Assembly (NCBI GenBank): GCA_963708075.1
Contig: OY970194.1
Span: 6,720,001-6,784,000, forward strand
DNA length: 64,000 bases
Direction: 5' to 3'
DNA from: Sedimentisphaerales bacterium
Lineage (GTDB): Bacteria; Planctomycetota; Phycisphaerae; Sedimentisphaerales; Anaerobacaceae
How positions within the stretch are numbered: the stretch's first letter is position 1; each line of letters starts with the position of its first letter. A program made the position numbers and the translations under genes. This document shows positions 31,579 through 41,728 of the stretch, in pieces. The notes beneath the pieces were generated by a model. The model saw nothing but the letters and a program-made list of their open reading frames with translations, made no database searches and was not told the DNA's origin.

Positions 31579-31942
31579 TGAGGCCGGGCCCCCAGCCTCG
31601 GCTACGCCTCCGTTACTCGTTGCACGGCAGACGAGGAGCCATTTTCCCGCAGGGGTGATCGGACAACCAGTCCGTTTTCCGGACCGATAAATGTTGAAAG
31701 CCGCGTTTTTTGCGATTGACAGGGGGTTCCGGCGTGCCGGTTTCTGCCGAAATGGATGGGGGTGGAGACAAAATGGAGACATGATTCTCAGGACAGCCGC
31801 GGCGATTCTTGGCACCGCATCTGGGAACGTCTACTGGTACTGTGATTGCATCTTGCTCCGCTCAGACACGATCAATTCGAACGACGCCGGTTCGTACCCT
31901 GCCGATGTCAGCGTGGAGATCGAGTCAATTCTCTAATCTACC

Positions 31943-32611
31943 TCAGATCCGGTGGTCCTGGCGCACGATGAGGCGTTGGCCACCGTCGAGGCTGCGGCTC
32001 CAGTTCTTGGGCGGCGCGATCCGGCGAAGGCGGTCGAGCTGTCCTATTTCCTTGAGGCGTGCGTAGATAAGCTGCCAGGCGCAGGGGACGTCCGGCCGGA
32101 CCTCACAGCGGTCCTCGCAAGACCCACCGCACGGACCGTTGAGCATCCGCTTCGCGCACCGGGTGACGGGGCAAATGCCGCCGTACTCGTGCAGCACGCA
32201 TGCCCCACAGGCGGCACATTTCTCCGTCCAGATGCCTTGCTCCTCCAAGATGCCGATGAACGCCGTGTCCAGACCCGCATAGACGGGCGTGTTGTGATAA
32301 CGTTCCGCGACGGCTTGAACGCCGGCGCCACAGCCCAGCGAAAGGACCGCCTCATTCCTCTGGATGGCATCGGCCGCCTGCTCAATGAAGACGTTGTCGC
32401 ACTGACGCTCGATGGTCAGCTCCTCGACTGCCAGATCGACGCCCTGCAGCCGCGATGAAATGCGCAGGGCTGAACTGATGATGCCGACCTCACGTTCGCC
32501 ACCGGCCAGACAGACCGTCACGCACGTTCCACAGCCCAGCACGAGCAGCTTCTTGTGCCCCTTGACGATATCCAACAGCTCCGGGATCTTCTTTCTTTCG
32601 GCAACGATCAT
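31943..32611 (-). CDS. metV: MetV, Fe-S/Zn small subunit of methylene-THF reductase
   Basis: GCGTCVTVC, RQC, CGAGVQ, CAACGAC...GICPVTRCAK.MLNGPCGG...CAW. Confidence 0.88.
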   Translation of the reverse strand: MIVAERKKIPELLDIVKGHKKLLVLGCGTCVTVCLAGGEREVGIISSALRISSRLQGVDLAVEELTIERQCDNVFIEQAADAIQRNEAVLSLGCGAGVQAVAERYHNTPVYAGLDTAFIGILEEQGIWTEKCAACGACVLHEYGGICPVTRCAKRMLNGPCGGSCEDRCEVRPDVPCAWQLIYARLKEIGQLDRLRRIAPPKNWSRSLDGGQRLIVRQDHRI

Positions 32612-33129
32612 GAAGTCTTCTCCACTTTCTTCGATCGCGGCTTGCGAATTGCGGACTGCGGATTCCAAGTCGACGCATCAATCTGCGATTCGGGCTGTTT
32701 AGCCTTGTGGCCGTTGCGGGTGACGGGGCTGGGGCCGAGCTTGCGAACGGTCTCGACCATGTCAGTGATGGCGTCTGACAGAGGTCGCGCCATAGCCGCC
32801 GAGATATTGACCATGCGCAGGCGTTCCTTCCCCAGGCCCATCTCCTCCAGCATGTCGCGCATGTACTGGACTCGCCGCTTGGCGTAGAGGTTGCCACTGG
32901 TGTGGTGGCAGCCGCCTTCGAGGCAGCCGGCCACGAGGACACCGTCCGCGCCGGTCTCGAATGCCTTGATCAGGAATTCGGTCTCCAGCCGCCCCGTGCA
33001 GGGCGTGCGGATGATGCGGACGTTCGGCGGATACTGAATCCGCATCGTGCCCGCCAGGTCCGCCGCCGCATAGGCACAGTAGTGGCAGCAGAAGGCCAGG
33101 ACTCTCGGTTGGAATTCGGGTTCTTCCAT
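32608..33129 (-). CDS. mvhD: MvhD-type [2Fe-2S] subunit
   Basis: FCCHYCAYAAAD, PCTGR, GADGVLVAGC..GGCHH..GN. Confidence 0.92.
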   Translation of the reverse strand: MEEPEFQPRVLAFCCHYCAYAAADLAGTMRIQYPPNVRIIRTPCTGRLETEFLIKAFETGADGVLVAGCLEGGCHHTSGNLYAKRRVQYMRDMLEEMGLGKERLRMVNISAAMARPLSDAITDMVETVRKLGPSPVTRNGHKAKQPESQIDASTWNPQSAIRKPRSKKVEKTS

Positions 33130-33134
33130 ATGAT

Positions 33135-36100
33135 TTATGATACCTTAACCGCTACCTTCTCCTTTGATACTCCGGCGCCGTCGTCGAAGAGCGTGCGGAT
33201 CATCACTCGGAACTGGTCGGTCTCAAAATGGTTCAGTTGGATCGCCCGTGCTGGGCACTCGGAGGCGCAGATGCCGCAGCCCATGCACTTCGCCGCTTCG
33301 ATCTGGCCCTTGCCATCCAGGTTGCAGAACGGGGCGCCGTATGGACAGACGTGCACGCACGTCATGCACGAAATGCACTTGCTCTGATCGACGCGAGAGA
33401 CCTGCGGGCTGACGTCGAGGTGTGTCTTGGATAACACGGTCGCCGCCCTGGCCGCGGCTGCTCGCGCCTGGGCGATGCTCTCGTCGATGAACTTCGGCGA
33501 GTGCGCCAGGCCGCACAGGAAGATACCTTCGGTGGCAAAATCCACCGGCCGCAGCTTCATATGTGCCTCGACGTAGAAGCCATCCGCATTGAGCGGCACT
33601 TTGAGCATATCGGAGACTCGCTTATTGTTCTGGCGGTCAGCCTCAATGCCCGTGCTCAAGACGACCAAGTCCGTCTCGATATCGATCGGCTCGGGGAAGT
33701 CCGGACTGTTGACGCTGACCTTGAGCCCACCAGTCTCGGACACGACCGGCGGCCGCTCCGGCGTATATCGAAGGAATACCACCCCTGCTTCGCGGGCCTT
33801 CTTGTAGTAGATCTCCCGGAAACCGTAGGTCCGGATGTCGCGATAAAGGACGAAGACATCGGTGTCGGGCGATATCGCCTTGATGGCCAGTGCGTTCATG
33901 ACGGCCATCGAGCAGCAGATGCGGCTGCAATAGGGCCGCTCCTCATCACGCGATCCGGCACACTGAATCATGACAACGTTCTTGAGCCCCGCCAGCAACC
34001 GCCCCTCATGAATTTGCTGGTCCAGGTCAACCTGGGTGGTGACGTTTGGTGATGAGCCCCCCAGGAACTTCGTCGTCTGGGCCTTCTCGGCACCGGTCGC
34101 GACGATCACGGCGCCAGCACTGACTTCGGATTTCCGGCCGTTGCAGGACAGAGTCGCATGGAACTCGCCGATGTGGCCTTTGACCTCCGCCACGTCCGTC
34201 GCGAGGAACACATCGATATTCTTGTGCTCCTGCACTTGTTTGATCAGGCTCGCCGTCAGGCCGGCGACGTCGGTGTCTTCCAGCGTGTGATGAATGTCAT
34301 AGAGATGTCCGCCCAATCGCTGCGTTCGCTCCACGAGGTGGACCTTGAAACCCTGATTGGCGAGGGCCAGCGCCGCGGTCATGCCAGCCAGGCCGCCGCC
34401 GATGACCAGGCCTTTCTGATCGACGGCCAACGTGCCTGGCTCCAGAGGCGACAACAGGTGCGACCGTGCCACCGCCATCTTGACCAGCTCCGTCGCTTTC
34501 TGCGTGGCGATCTCGGGCGAGCCGGAGTGCACCCACGAGCATTGGTCGCGGATGTTCGCCATCTCGAAGAGGTATGGATTGAGGCCCGCCTCGCGCATCG
34601 TCTCGCGGAACAGCGGCTCATGTGTCCGCGGCGTGCAAGAGGCGACCACGATGCGGTTGAGCCGGTGCTCCACGATCTGCTGGCGGATGTTCGACAAGCT
34701 TGTATCCGAGCAGGTGAACATGGTGTGGGTCGCGAAGACCACGCCACGCTCGGCCTCGATGTCCTTGGTTACGCGCTCCACATCGATCACCGAGCCAATG
34801 TTCCGGCCGCAGTGGCACACGAAGACACCGATACGCGGCTCTTCGTCCGTGACATCGTGCTCATCAGGGTACTTCTTTGTCACCGTCCGCGTGTTGCGCG
34901 CCGACGCCAACAGTTCCATCGCCATGGAAGCGGCGCCGCTGGCCTGCATCACGGTCTCGGGAATGTCCTTCGGCTCCTGGAACGCCCCACCGACGAACAC
35001 GCCCGGCTGGGACGTGGACAGAGGCTGCGAACGCTGCGTCGCGCAGAAGCCGTATTCGTTGAGCTCGATGCCGAGCCGTGAAGCAAGTTCGACGGCGGTG
35101 GCGGAAGGCTCCAAGCCGACGGCCAGCACGACAAGGTCGAAGTCCTCCTCTCGCAGCTTGCCGGTCTCGTCCACGAAGCGGGCACGCGGATTCATCGTCC
35201 CCGGCATCTGGACAATGCGCGATGGGATGCTCTTGACATAGCGGACGCCGTTTTGATTCTTGGCCCGCTCGTAGTATTGATCGAAATCCTTGCCGTGGGC
35301 GCGGATATCCATATAGAAGATCGTCGCTTCCAGGCCCGGCGTGTGGTCCTGGGCCACCATGGCTTGTTTCGTCGAGGCCATGCAGCAAATCGACGAGCAA
35401 TATTCGTTCCCGCACTTGGAATCGCGCGAGCCGACGCACTGAATCCACGCCACCCTCTTGGCCTCGCGACGATCCGAGAGCCGCACGATGTGTCCCTCGA
35501 ACGGCCCGGCGGCCGACAGCATCCGCTCGAACTGGACGCTCGTGACCACGTTCGGATATCGTCCCCAGCCGAACTCGCCCTTGCGGCTCGCGTCGAATTC
35601 CTCGAAGCCGGTGGTCAGAACGACCGAGCCGACCTCCAGCTCGACCGTCCGCTCTCCCATGGTGTGATCGATCGCATTCTGCTTGCAGGCCTCCACGCAC
35701 TCCTTGCACTCCGAGCACAGGGCGCAGTTCAGGCACCGTTCCGCCTCAGCCAGTGCCTGCTCCTCCGTCAGACCCGTCTCCACTTCCTTGAAGCTGCCGA
35801 CTCTCTGGGCCACGGGCAGCTCGCCGGCCTTCGCGCGAAGCTTCTCCTCGATATCGTCCGGCGGGGGAAGCAGTTCCTCCGGAACCGGCTTGACCGTGCC
35901 CTCGAACCGCTGAGAGACCATGTCCTTGCCGTTCAGATACCGCTCAATGGACTCCGCCGCTCGCTTGCCGGCCGCCACCGCTTCAATCACCGACTTGGGC
36001 CCACTCACTGCATCGCCCCCGACGAAAATCCCGTCCAGCGATGTCTGGAGGGTCACCGGGTCCGCTTTGAAGTATCGGCCCTGGGTCTGCGCTCCGACAT

Positions 36101-37619
36101 GGCTCATGAATGCATCGTCGCTGGTCTGTCCGATGGCGGTGATGATCTGATCGGCTTCGATGGACAGCCACTGCTGCTCGTCATAGACTGGATTGAATCG
36201 CCCGTCGGCGCCAAAGACCTGCGTGCATTTCTTTAGCTCGATGCCGGCGACGCTGCCGTTGCCGAGGATTCTGCGAGGTCCCCAGCCGTTTCGGAACGTG
36301 ATGCCCTCTTGCAGGGTCGCCTCGACCTCTTCGGGATAGGCGGGCATTTCGTGTCGCTGTTCGAGCGACACCATCTCGACACTCTTGGCCCCGAGCCGCA
36401 AGGCGGTGCGGGCTACATCCACGGCGACGTTGCCGCCTCCGATGACGACGACTCTCGCCTTGACCTCGGGCTTGCTGCCCGTCGAGCCGGCTTGACATAG
36501 GAAATCGACGCCCTGGAGGACGCCCGGCTTGTTCTCCCCTTCCACACCGAGCAGGCGGCCCTTGGCGACGCCAGCGCCGATGAAGACAGCGTCATTGTCT
36601 TTACGCAGCTTCTCGATGGTAGTGTCTTTTCCGACGCGGCAGTTGAAGACAAAACGCACGCCCTTACGCCGGATGAGCTCGACCTCGTGATCCAGCACCT
36701 TCTTCGGCAGTCGATACTCCGGAATGCCATAGCGGAGCATGCCGCCCGCCGCCGGTTGGGCCTCGTAGACCGTCACGGCAAAGCCCTTGTCGGCAAGATC
36801 GCTCGCGACAGTCAATCCTGCCGGGCCGGCTCCGATGACGGCCACCTTCTTGGCGCCGGCTGCGGGCTTCTTCTCCGGAGGCAGGCTCAGTTTGCCCGCC
36901 TCCAGCATTTGCACTTCCTGATCAGAGGCGAAACGCTTGAGCAGCCGGATGGCGATCGTGTCGTCAGCCTTGCCTCGCGCGCACTTGCTCTCACAGGGAT
37001 GGGTGCAAATCCGGCCGCAGATCGCCGCCAGCGGGTTGCGCTCGCGGATCAGGTTCACCGCCTTGAGGTATTCCTTCTTCTTGATGAGCTGCACGTAGCC
37101 CTGCACGTTGACATTCGCGGGACAGGCCACTTTGCAGGGCGAATGGCCGTTCTTGAGAATGCCGAAGATGTTCGGCGTCGCCTGGGCGTAGTGCTTGGCG
37201 ATGGCCTTGCGCTTGCCGAGCTCGCGGTCAAAATGATCCGGAATCTGCACAGGACAGGCATTGGTGCACTCACTGCAGCCGTTGCACTTGGTCTCATCCA
37301 CATACCGCGGATACCGTTTGACGGTGGCTTTGAAGTTGCCCGGCTCGCCCTTGAGGTCGGTCAACTCGGACATCGTCAGGATTTCGATGTTCAGGTTGCG
37401 GGCACACTCGACGAGCTTGGGCGACACGATGCACGTGGCGCAGTCGCCGGTCGGGAAGGTCTTGTCGAGGTGGGACATCATGCCGCCGATGGCCGCCTCG
37501 CGCTCGACGAGATAGACCTTGAAGCCCGCGTTGGCCAGATCGAGCGACGCCTGCACGCCGGCGATTCCGCCGCCCTGCACGAGCACCGCACCTGTTTTCT
37601 TCTGACCGTTGTCACTCAT
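33135..37619 (-). CDS. hdrA: Large HdrA-like flavoprotein (HdrL-like) with an inserted GltD/NfnB-type module
   Basis: GGGIAG, LDKTFPT.DC..C, inserted SPCKVACP/CGRICTHPCE..C/GAGPAG/GGGNVA, two QC.GSR...YCS.ICC motifs, terminal ferredoxin. Confidence 0.9.
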   Translation of the reverse strand: MSDNGQKKTGAVLVQGGGIAGVQASLDLANAGFKVYLVEREAAIGGMMSHLDKTFPTGDCATCIVSPKLVECARNLNIEILTMSELTDLKGEPGNFKATVKRYPRYVDETKCNGCSECTNACPVQIPDHFDRELGKRKAIAKHYAQATPNIFGILKNGHSPCKVACPANVNVQGYVQLIKKKEYLKAVNLIRERNPLAAICGRICTHPCESKCARGKADDTIAIRLLKRFASDQEVQMLEAGKLSLPPEKKPAAGAKKVAVIGAGPAGLTVASDLADKGFAVTVYEAQPAAGGMLRYGIPEYRLPKKVLDHEVELIRRKGVRFVFNCRVGKDTTIEKLRKDNDAVFIGAGVAKGRLLGVEGENKPGVLQGVDFLCQAGSTGSKPEVKARVVVIGGGNVAVDVARTALRLGAKSVEMVSLEQRHEMPAYPEEVEATLQEGITFRNGWGPRRILGNGSVAGIELKKCTQVFGADGRFNPVYDEQQWLSIEADQIITAIGQTSDDAFMSHVGAQTQGRYFKADPVTLQTSLDGIFVGGDAVSGPKSVIEAVAAGKRAAESIERYLNGKDMVSQRFEGTVKPVPEELLPPPDDIEEKLRAKAGELPVAQRVGSFKEVETGLTEEQALAEAERCLNCALCSECKECVEACKQNAIDHTMGERTVELEVGSVVLTTGFEEFDASRKGEFGWGRYPNVVTSVQFERMLSAAGPFEGHIVRLSDRREAKRVAWIQCVGSRDSKCGNEYCSSICCMASTKQAMVAQDHTPGLEATIFYMDIRAHGKDFDQYYERAKNQNGVRYVKSIPSRIVQMPGTMNPRARFVDETGKLREEDFDLVVLAVGLEPSATAVELASRLGIELNEYGFCATQRSQPLSTSQPGVFVGGAFQEPKDIPETVMQASGAASMAMELLASARNTRTVTKKYPDEHDVTDEEPRIGVFVCHCGRNIGSVIDVERVTKDIEAERGVVFATHTMFTCSDTSLSNIRQQIVEHRLNRIVVASCTPRTHEPLFRETMREAGLNPYLFEMANIRDQCSWVHSGSPEIATQKATELVKMAVARSHLLSPLEPGTLAVDQKGLVIGGGLAGMTAALALANQGFKVHLVERTQRLGGHLYDIHHTLEDTDVAGLTASLIKQVQEHKNIDVFLATDVAEVKGHIGEFHATLSCNGRKSEVSAGAVIVATGAEKAQTTKFLGGSSPNVTTQVDLDQQIHEGRLLAGLKNVVMIQCAGSRDEERPYCSRICCSMAVMNALAIKAISPDTDVFVLYRDIRTYGFREIYYKKAREAGVVFLRYTPERPPVVSETGGLKVSVNSPDFPEPIDIETDLVVLSTGIEADRQNNKRVSDMLKVPLNADGFYVEAHMKLRPVDFATEGIFLCGLAHSPKFIDESIAQARAAAARAATVLSKTHLDVSPQVSRVDQSKCISCMTCVHVCPYGAPFCNLDGKGQIEAAKCMGCGICASECPARAIQLNHFETDQFRVMIRTLFDDGAGVSKEKVAVKVS

Positions 37620-38477
37620 AGACAGCCTTGACCACCTTTTCCGGCGAGATCATGAGCTTGTTCAAGCCGAGCCTCTGGGCGCGATGCCGAGGCACAGCCC
37701 CAGCAGTTGCGTGATGTAGAGGACCGGCATGTCGTAGCGGTTGCCTTTGCTCTTGGCGATGTCGAGCTGCCGCATGTCGAGGTTGATCTGGCACATGGGA
37801 CAACTAACGGCGATGCAATCGGCGCCGGCCAGCTTCGCCATCCCGACGATCGAGTCCGTGAGATTCACGACCACATCGGTCCGCGACATGGACAGGCCGC
37901 CGCCGCAACATTCCACCTTGTGGGGCCATTCGAGGGCCGTGCCGCCCAGGGCCGAAACCAATCGATCCAGCGAGCTTGGGTTCTCCGGGTCATCGAAACC
38001 CGTGACCTCGCTGGGCCGAACCAGGAGGCAGCCGTAGTAGCTGGCCACCTTCATCCCGGCCAGCGAGCCGTGCAGGGCCTCTTGAATCGTATCGGCCCCC
38101 ACGTCATCCAGAAGGACTTCGAGCAGGTGACGCACGTTCACCGAGCCGTCATAATCCCGGCCCACCGCCTCGGCCACTCTGGCCCGCATCTGCCTGCTCG
38201 CGGCGATCTCGTGATTCGCCACTTTCATCCGGTTGTAGCAAGCTGCACAGTTGACGACCAGGTCGAGGCCCATGTCCTTGGCCTTGACTAAGGTCGCCAC
38301 GGGCAGGGCCGCCGCCAGAACGTGGTCAGTCTGATGCCCCGCCGTGGCTCCGCAGCACGTCCAGCCTTGCGGCTCGATCAGCTCGATGCCCAGCGCCTCG
38401 GCGACGGCCAGTGTCGATTGGTGCATGTCCCGCGCGGTGGACTCCGCAGAGCAACCTGGAAAATACGCGTATTTCAT
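37612..38477 (-). CDS. hdrB: HdrB-like subunit (C-terminal frameshift near 37680)
   Basis: YFPGC, two CCG motifs, CAAC, YYGC, CPMCQ.NLD. Confidence 0.9.
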
Positions 38478-39040
38478 TTGCCCGCCCCGTCCTCTTTCGT
38501 CTTCTTGAAGATTCGACACACGGTCTTGCGATCCGCCCCGCGAGGAGGCAGCAATGCGATCTTGCGTTTCTTCAGCATGGTGGGGAACTTCTCGGTGTCG
38601 GCCATGAGCTTGCCGCTGCCGAGCTTGTAGCCGGCGATCATGGCGACGTCGTACGTCCGGCCGAAGATCTCGACGGTCTTGAGGAACGCCCGATTGAACA
38701 GCGGCACGTTGCCCTCGGGCCTGGCGGCGCCGCGATGGACCGCCAGCTTCCGAAGGGCGTCCATAACCGCCGCGACGTCGATCCCCATCGGGCATCGCGT
38801 CGAGCAGGTCTCGCACGAGACGCACATCCAGAGGATGTCGCTGTTGAGAAGCTCATCACCCATGCCCAAGTGCAGCCGCCGCACCATCTCCGAAGGCGGG
38901 CACTGGGCCATGCCCGACACCGGGCATCCGCTCGTGCACTTCTTGCACTGGTAGCACACGCTCAGGTCCACCCCCGAGATCTCCTGCACCTGCTTGAGAA
39001 TGCCCCGAGTGGACTTATTCTTTGAAATCGTTATCGCCAT
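38474..39040 (-). CDS. hdrC: HdrC-like ferredoxin subunit
   Basis: CYQCKKCTSGCP and WMCVSCETCSTRCP. Confidence 0.92.
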   Translation of the reverse strand: MAITISKNKSTRGILKQVQEISGVDLSVCYQCKKCTSGCPVSGMAQCPPSEMVRRLHLGMGDELLNSDILWMCVSCETCSTRCPMGIDVAAVMDALRKLAVHRGAARPEGNVPLFNRAFLKTVEIFGRTYDVAMIAGYKLGSGKLMADTEKFPTMLKKRKIALLPPRGADRKTVCRIFKKTKEDGAGK

Positions 39041-39070
39041 GTCTTGGATTCACCCACACGAATCGATGTC

Positions 39071-41725
39071 TCAACTCTTTGCCGCCACCTGTTTCTTCTC
39101 TTTGCCGGGTAGGGCCGCCACTTGGGCCAGCGCCTTGAGTGCGACCGGCGCCACCTTGCGATAGACTTCCTCCGGCTTGCACACCCGGCCATCGATTGTC
39201 ACCAGATCCTCGACCCTGATCCCGAACAGCTGCTCGTTCTCCTCCAGATAGGGCAGGATCAAGTTCCAATCCGCCTGTGTGAGCGCCGTGAACTTGCCGC
39301 CGTTGAGCTGTTGATCGACCACTTTGTGGTGCGGGTCGCGGACATAGATCGCGCCGCCGGAAGCGAGCGAGAACAGATTGCTGCCGGGGTACGGCTCGGG
39401 CAGCGGAACGACTTTGCCGTCCTCGTCGATCCGGATTCCGTTGAGGATCACGAAGCCGCCGCCGGCGAGCGGATCGCCCGCCATGAAGGACTCCGCCAAA
39501 AAGTCCAGGCACGTGCCATTGATGACGACCTTCGGCCGGCCAACGGAATTGATCAGAGGCCGGCCCGCCCCGTTGCCGAGGATGAAGATGGTGCCGCCTT
39601 TGGCCCCGTACATGAAGGTCTGGCCGAAGTCACCGTGAACGACGAGCTTGCCGCGTTTGATGATCTGGCCCAACTGGTCCTGGGCGTTGCCGTGCACGGT
39701 GATGGTCAGGCCGTCGATGCCGGAGGCGAGGTAGTCGCCGGAGCTGCCGTAGATGTCGATGGTCACGTCCTCGGTGTCGGGTCCGAGCCCGCAGCCGTGG
39801 AACCGCTGCCCCCGCAGGTCGAAGGTGATGAACCGTCGCCAGCCTTTGAGAAACGCGTCGCACAGGAGCGTCGAGTCGCAGCCTTCGCCTTCCGGCGGGA
39901 AGCCCAGCGCATCGATGACCAGCGTGGTCTCGCCGCGGGCAGGTCCGCGCAGGTCGCCCTTCGTCTTGAGATCGATCAAGCGATAGGGTCCGAGGCTGGG
40001 GTCGTCCGCATTGATCTTCGGCAGCGATCGCAGGAGCCGGAACAATTCGCTTCGAACGAGATGCAGGATGTGGCTGCGTCTCTTGCCACCGGTGGGGTAC
40101 TTGCGGTCGTTGAGCAGCGTATAAGCCGCGATCACCGTCGCCGTGTTCTCCCGCGTGGCCCCCAGCTCTGCCAGGGTCCGGCACACCGCCCGAAACACGT
40201 CGAAGGACCACGCCTTGGCGCCGTCGCGGACAAACTCGTACAAGCCGACCACGCTACCGGCCCGCAGACATCCGTCCAGCTTCTCTTCCACTGCTTTGTC
40301 CCCGCAAAGGGAAGCGGGGTCCGCCGAGAAGTCACAGGACTGGCTCCATTTTGGCATCGGCACAGGCTGGCCGAACTTGTCCGTACAAGTCATACGAAGC
40401 GTACCACCGGCGTCCTTCTCGAGATTGAAGAGGAAGGCGCCGCCGTCCGTGTAGCTGCCGCCGCGGGCGTTCCAGTAGCGGTCGGCGACCGGGCAGATTC
40501 GCTCGTCCTCCTTGGCTAGGCTCTGTAGCGTCGCGTCGATCGCCTGCTTTTCTGAAGCGATCAGGCCGACCTGGACCTCGCCCTCGGACAAGGCGAACAC
40601 CTGCGGCCGGAGCATCGCGGTATCTGTAATGCCGATAAGCTGGAACTTGTTTTCCCTCGCCACGTTGCGGGCGATGATGAAGAACCACGGGCCGTCGGGC
40701 GAGCCGTGGATGTGCGTCGTCTGGATGGCCTTGTAGATCCGCTGCTTCTCCTCTGGCAGCCGGTCGAAGTCCAGCTCGGTCGTCGGGGCCAGGGCCTCGA
40801 TGATGTATTCGAGCGGGTAGTGATACGTCCGGTCCAGCAGATCGAACAGCAGGGCCGAGACCTCTGTGTCGGTGAGGAACTGCGGATAGATGTTCCGCTG
40901 CTTGAGGTACTCGCTGACGGAGTGATAGTTCGCGAAGTCGCCGTTGTGAACGAGTGCCATGTTCATCGCGGCAAACGGATGCGCCCCGCCGGGGTGCCAG
41001 ACGCGGCCCTTCGTCGGGTAGCGCTGATGCGCGATCCAGGCGTGTGCGCAGAGGCCCTCGATTTTGTAGTACTTGACGATGGCCTCGGCGTAGCCGACGA
41101 CCTTGAGAATCATGATGTTCCGGCCGTGAGACAGCACGAACGCCCGCTGCTTGCCGAGCGAGGCGTAGAACTTCTGGTTCAGCTTGAAGCTGTTCTGGCT
41201 TACGTACTCATCTTCGGCCGCCCGCCGGTCCATTGTCTTGAGACCGTTCTTCTGAACGAAGTCATCGAGCACCGTCGGCTTGACGCGGACGAAGTAGCGC
41301 CACACGTCCGGCGGCTTGACCTCCAGGTCGCCCACCGCCTGCCAGTCGTCCACCTTGTCCAATGCGGCGGATGCGGCCACGTCGAAATGCGGCGTGATGA
41401 ACTCCTTCTCGACTTCCGCCCGGACATTCGGGTCCAGCAGCGCGACGTGCAGCATGTAGTGCTCGTCGAGCACCTGCCGGCTGACGCCCAACTGCTCGGG
41501 CAGCAGTCCAACTGCCGCAATGCCGCCGCCTTTGCCGTTGCCGCGATTGTGCATCTGCTTGGACGGCTCGTAGATGTGCCGACCGGGCACCGCCTTCGTG
41601 CAGCAGAAACCGACAACCCCGCAGCCCCCCTCATCTTCCGCCTTGCGCACCATCTGAGGCCACCCGCACGCGTCGGCCAGGGTCTTCCTCGAATGTGACA
41701 ACTGTTGTATCAACTGCTCGTTCAC
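39071..41725 (-). CDS. Glutamate-synthase-like subunit: class II glutamine amidotransferase fused to a GXGXG beta-helix
   Basis: Propeptide then CGVVG, HQRYPT, AHPF, HNGD, DTEV, DGP; C-terminal GCGLG, GSSGDY, HGNAQDQ, YGAKGG. Confidence 0.88.
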   Translation of the reverse strand: MNEQLIQQLSHSRKTLADACGWPQMVRKAEDEGGCGVVGFCCTKAVPGRHIYEPSKQMHNRGNGKGGGIAAVGLLPEQLGVSRQVLDEHYMLHVALLDPNVRAEVEKEFITPHFDVAASAALDKVDDWQAVGDLEVKPPDVWRYFVRVKPTVLDDFVQKNGLKTMDRRAAEDEYVSQNSFKLNQKFYASLGKQRAFVLSHGRNIMILKVVGYAEAIVKYYKIEGLCAHAWIAHQRYPTKGRVWHPGGAHPFAAMNMALVHNGDFANYHSVSEYLKQRNIYPQFLTDTEVSALLFDLLDRTYHYPLEYIIEALAPTTELDFDRLPEEKQRIYKAIQTTHIHGSPDGPWFFIIARNVARENKFQLIGITDTAMLRPQVFALSEGEVQVGLIASEKQAIDATLQSLAKEDERICPVADRYWNARGGSYTDGGAFLFNLEKDAGGTLRMTCTDKFGQPVPMPKWSQSCDFSADPASLCGDKAVEEKLDGCLRAGSVVGLYEFVRDGAKAWSFDVFRAVCRTLAELGATRENTATVIAAYTLLNDRKYPTGGKRRSHILHLVRSELFRLLRSLPKINADDPSLGPYRLIDLKTKGDLRGPARGETTLVIDALGFPPEGEGCDSTLLCDAFLKGWRRFITFDLRGQRFHGCGLGPDTEDVTIDIYGSSGDYLASGIDGLTITVHGNAQDQLGQIIKRGKLVVHGDFGQTFMYGAKGGTIFILGNGAGRPLINSVGRPKVVINGTCLDFLAESFMAGDPLAGGGFVILNGIRIDEDGKVVPLPEPYPGSNLFSLASGGAIYVRDPHHKVVDQQLNGGKFTALTQADWNLILPYLEENEQLFGIRVEDLVTIDGRVCKPEEVYRKVAPVALKALAQVAALPGKEKKQVAAKS

Positions 41726-41728
41726 GGC

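Noticed and set aside
32608..37619. Selenocysteine in HdrA or MvhD
   Set aside because: Both ORFs are open and have Cys at the relevant motifs.
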